This document shows positions 62,755 through 64,000 of a stretch of DNA of 64,000 nucleotides, in pieces (within the stretch, counting starts at the first letter, position 1; each line of letters opens with the position of its first letter). Source of the DNA: Vicugna vicugna (taxonomy: Eukaryota); NCBI GenBank assembly GCA_013265495.1, contig MU058781.1:7203324-7267323 (forward strand), read 5' to 3'. The notes below the pieces were generated by a model. That model did no database searches and was not told the DNA's origin. It saw only the letters and a list, made by a program, of their open reading frames with translations. The translations under genes and the position numbers were made by a program.

Positions 62755-63430
62755 CTTTTAAAAATAAAATTGTGTATACTTAAGGTATACAATATACTGA
62801 TTTGATACATATATACAACAGTCAAGTTAACATATTTCCTCATAGTTGCCATCTATTTTTTACTGAGAATACCTGAAATCTACTGTCTCAGCAAATTTCC
62901 GAGATGTAATACAATATTATTAAGTTTGTCGTCATGATGTACATTAAATTCTAAACTTATTCATCCTGTATGGCTGCAACTTTCTGCCCTTTGAGCAACA
63001 TCTCCCCGTTTTCCCCAGCTACTCACCCATACTGTTCTGCTCTCTGCTTCTGTGTATTTGACTTTTTTTTTTTGATTGTACATATAAATGAGATCATGCA
63101 GTTTTTTTCTTTCGGTGTCTGGCTTATTTCACTTAGCATAATGTTCTCCATATTCATCCATGTTGTTTCAAAAGGCTGGATCTCTTTCTTTTTTCAGACT
63201 AAATCATATGTCTCAAATGTATGTCCACTAAACAACAACTTCCCATCCCTCCTCCCACTGACCCTTGACAACCACCAGTCTACTTCCTGTTTCTATGAAT
63301 TTGACTACGCCAGGTGCCTCATTTCTTCATCCATTCACCCATAAATGGACACTTACGTTGTTTTCATAGCTTGACTATTGTAAGGCTATTGTAAATAGTG
63401 CTGCAATCAACATGGAAGCACAGATGCCTG
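62755..63430 (-). mobile_element. L1MA-like 3' end with a second L1 3' UTR piece at ~63200-63315
   Basis: aaaattgtgtatacttaaggtatacaa...tctactgtctcagcaaatttc...aaatgagatcatgcag...ggcttatttcacttagcataatg...ccattcacccataaatggacac. Confidence 0.8.
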
Positions 63431-63699
63431 AGTATTTCCTTTTATTTGTGCGCATTATCAACATCTTGAATATTTAAAGAAGTCAAGGATAAAAGAAGTA
63501 ACCAGTGAAGTAACATGTCCGACTTGAGCTTGTATTCTTCCCACCAACTTTACTCATCTGAAACTACCACAAAAACACCCCATACTTTTATGCTTTCTAA
63601 GATGTGTCTTGGGCTTTTAGGTAATCTGGAAGTAACTGTGGTTGAATCTATTGAAATAATGAAGTTTATCATTGCTAATTTAGGCTTACATTGATCAAC

Positions 63700-63910
63700 T
63701 CAGTTTTCTCCGCTTGTGTCAACTGCGGGTCAGACACTACCCTGGGTGCTTAGGATACAACTGAAGACACAGCACGGTTCTTGCTCTGTTGCTGTCTAAT
63801 AGGGCAGAGAGAGAGACAATGAGAGAAACATTGCAGGGTAAGTAGAGGCTGCTATGAGAACACTTAGGCAGAGAACCTAACATAAAAGCATTTCAGAAAT
63901 CTCCAGAAGT
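63700..63910 (-). mobile_element. L2 fragment
   Basis: cagacactaccctgggtgcttaggatacaactgaagacacagc...gctgctatgagaacac. Confidence 0.45.
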
Positions 63911-64000
63911 CCATTATCTTGCATCACCTGTGCAAAGGCAAGAGAAAGATGGTATGGGATGCAATGAATATTTCTCTGTGACAGAGGGTTGACACATACA

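Overview
Mammalian genomic DNA, most likely camelid: there is a Vic-1-like tRNA-derived SINE at 35.6-35.8 kb plus several young artiodactyl-type L1 3' ends, and I saw no Alu, Bov-B/Bov-A2 or PRE1 elements. The window starts in the CpG-rich edge of a probable promoter CpG island. It then reads as a long, repeat-rich intronic stretch of a + strand gene that I cannot name. There is no intact protein-coding gene; the listed ORFs are chance ORFs or decayed LINE (L1, L2, L3/CR1) ORF2 fragments. The best host-gene feature is a 90-nt exon with good splice signals at 36090-36179. Weaker candidates are a 12-nt microexon (39535-39546) and an acceptor at 438-439. The most unusual element is an ERV 3' end (internal fragment + PPT + U3-R) that ends in poly(A) and is flanked by a ~17-bp TSD (44074-44726), which looks like an L1-mediated retrocopy of an ERV mRNA. 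Also notable are tiny L1 inserts with short 3' read-through segments, a four-element nested transposon stack, an internally deleted L1 that keeps its 5' end, and inverted L1 copies straddling the exon. I find no solid evidence for a wholly new biological system. Repeat family names come from recalled consensus motifs, not database searches, and boundaries of old repeats are approximate.
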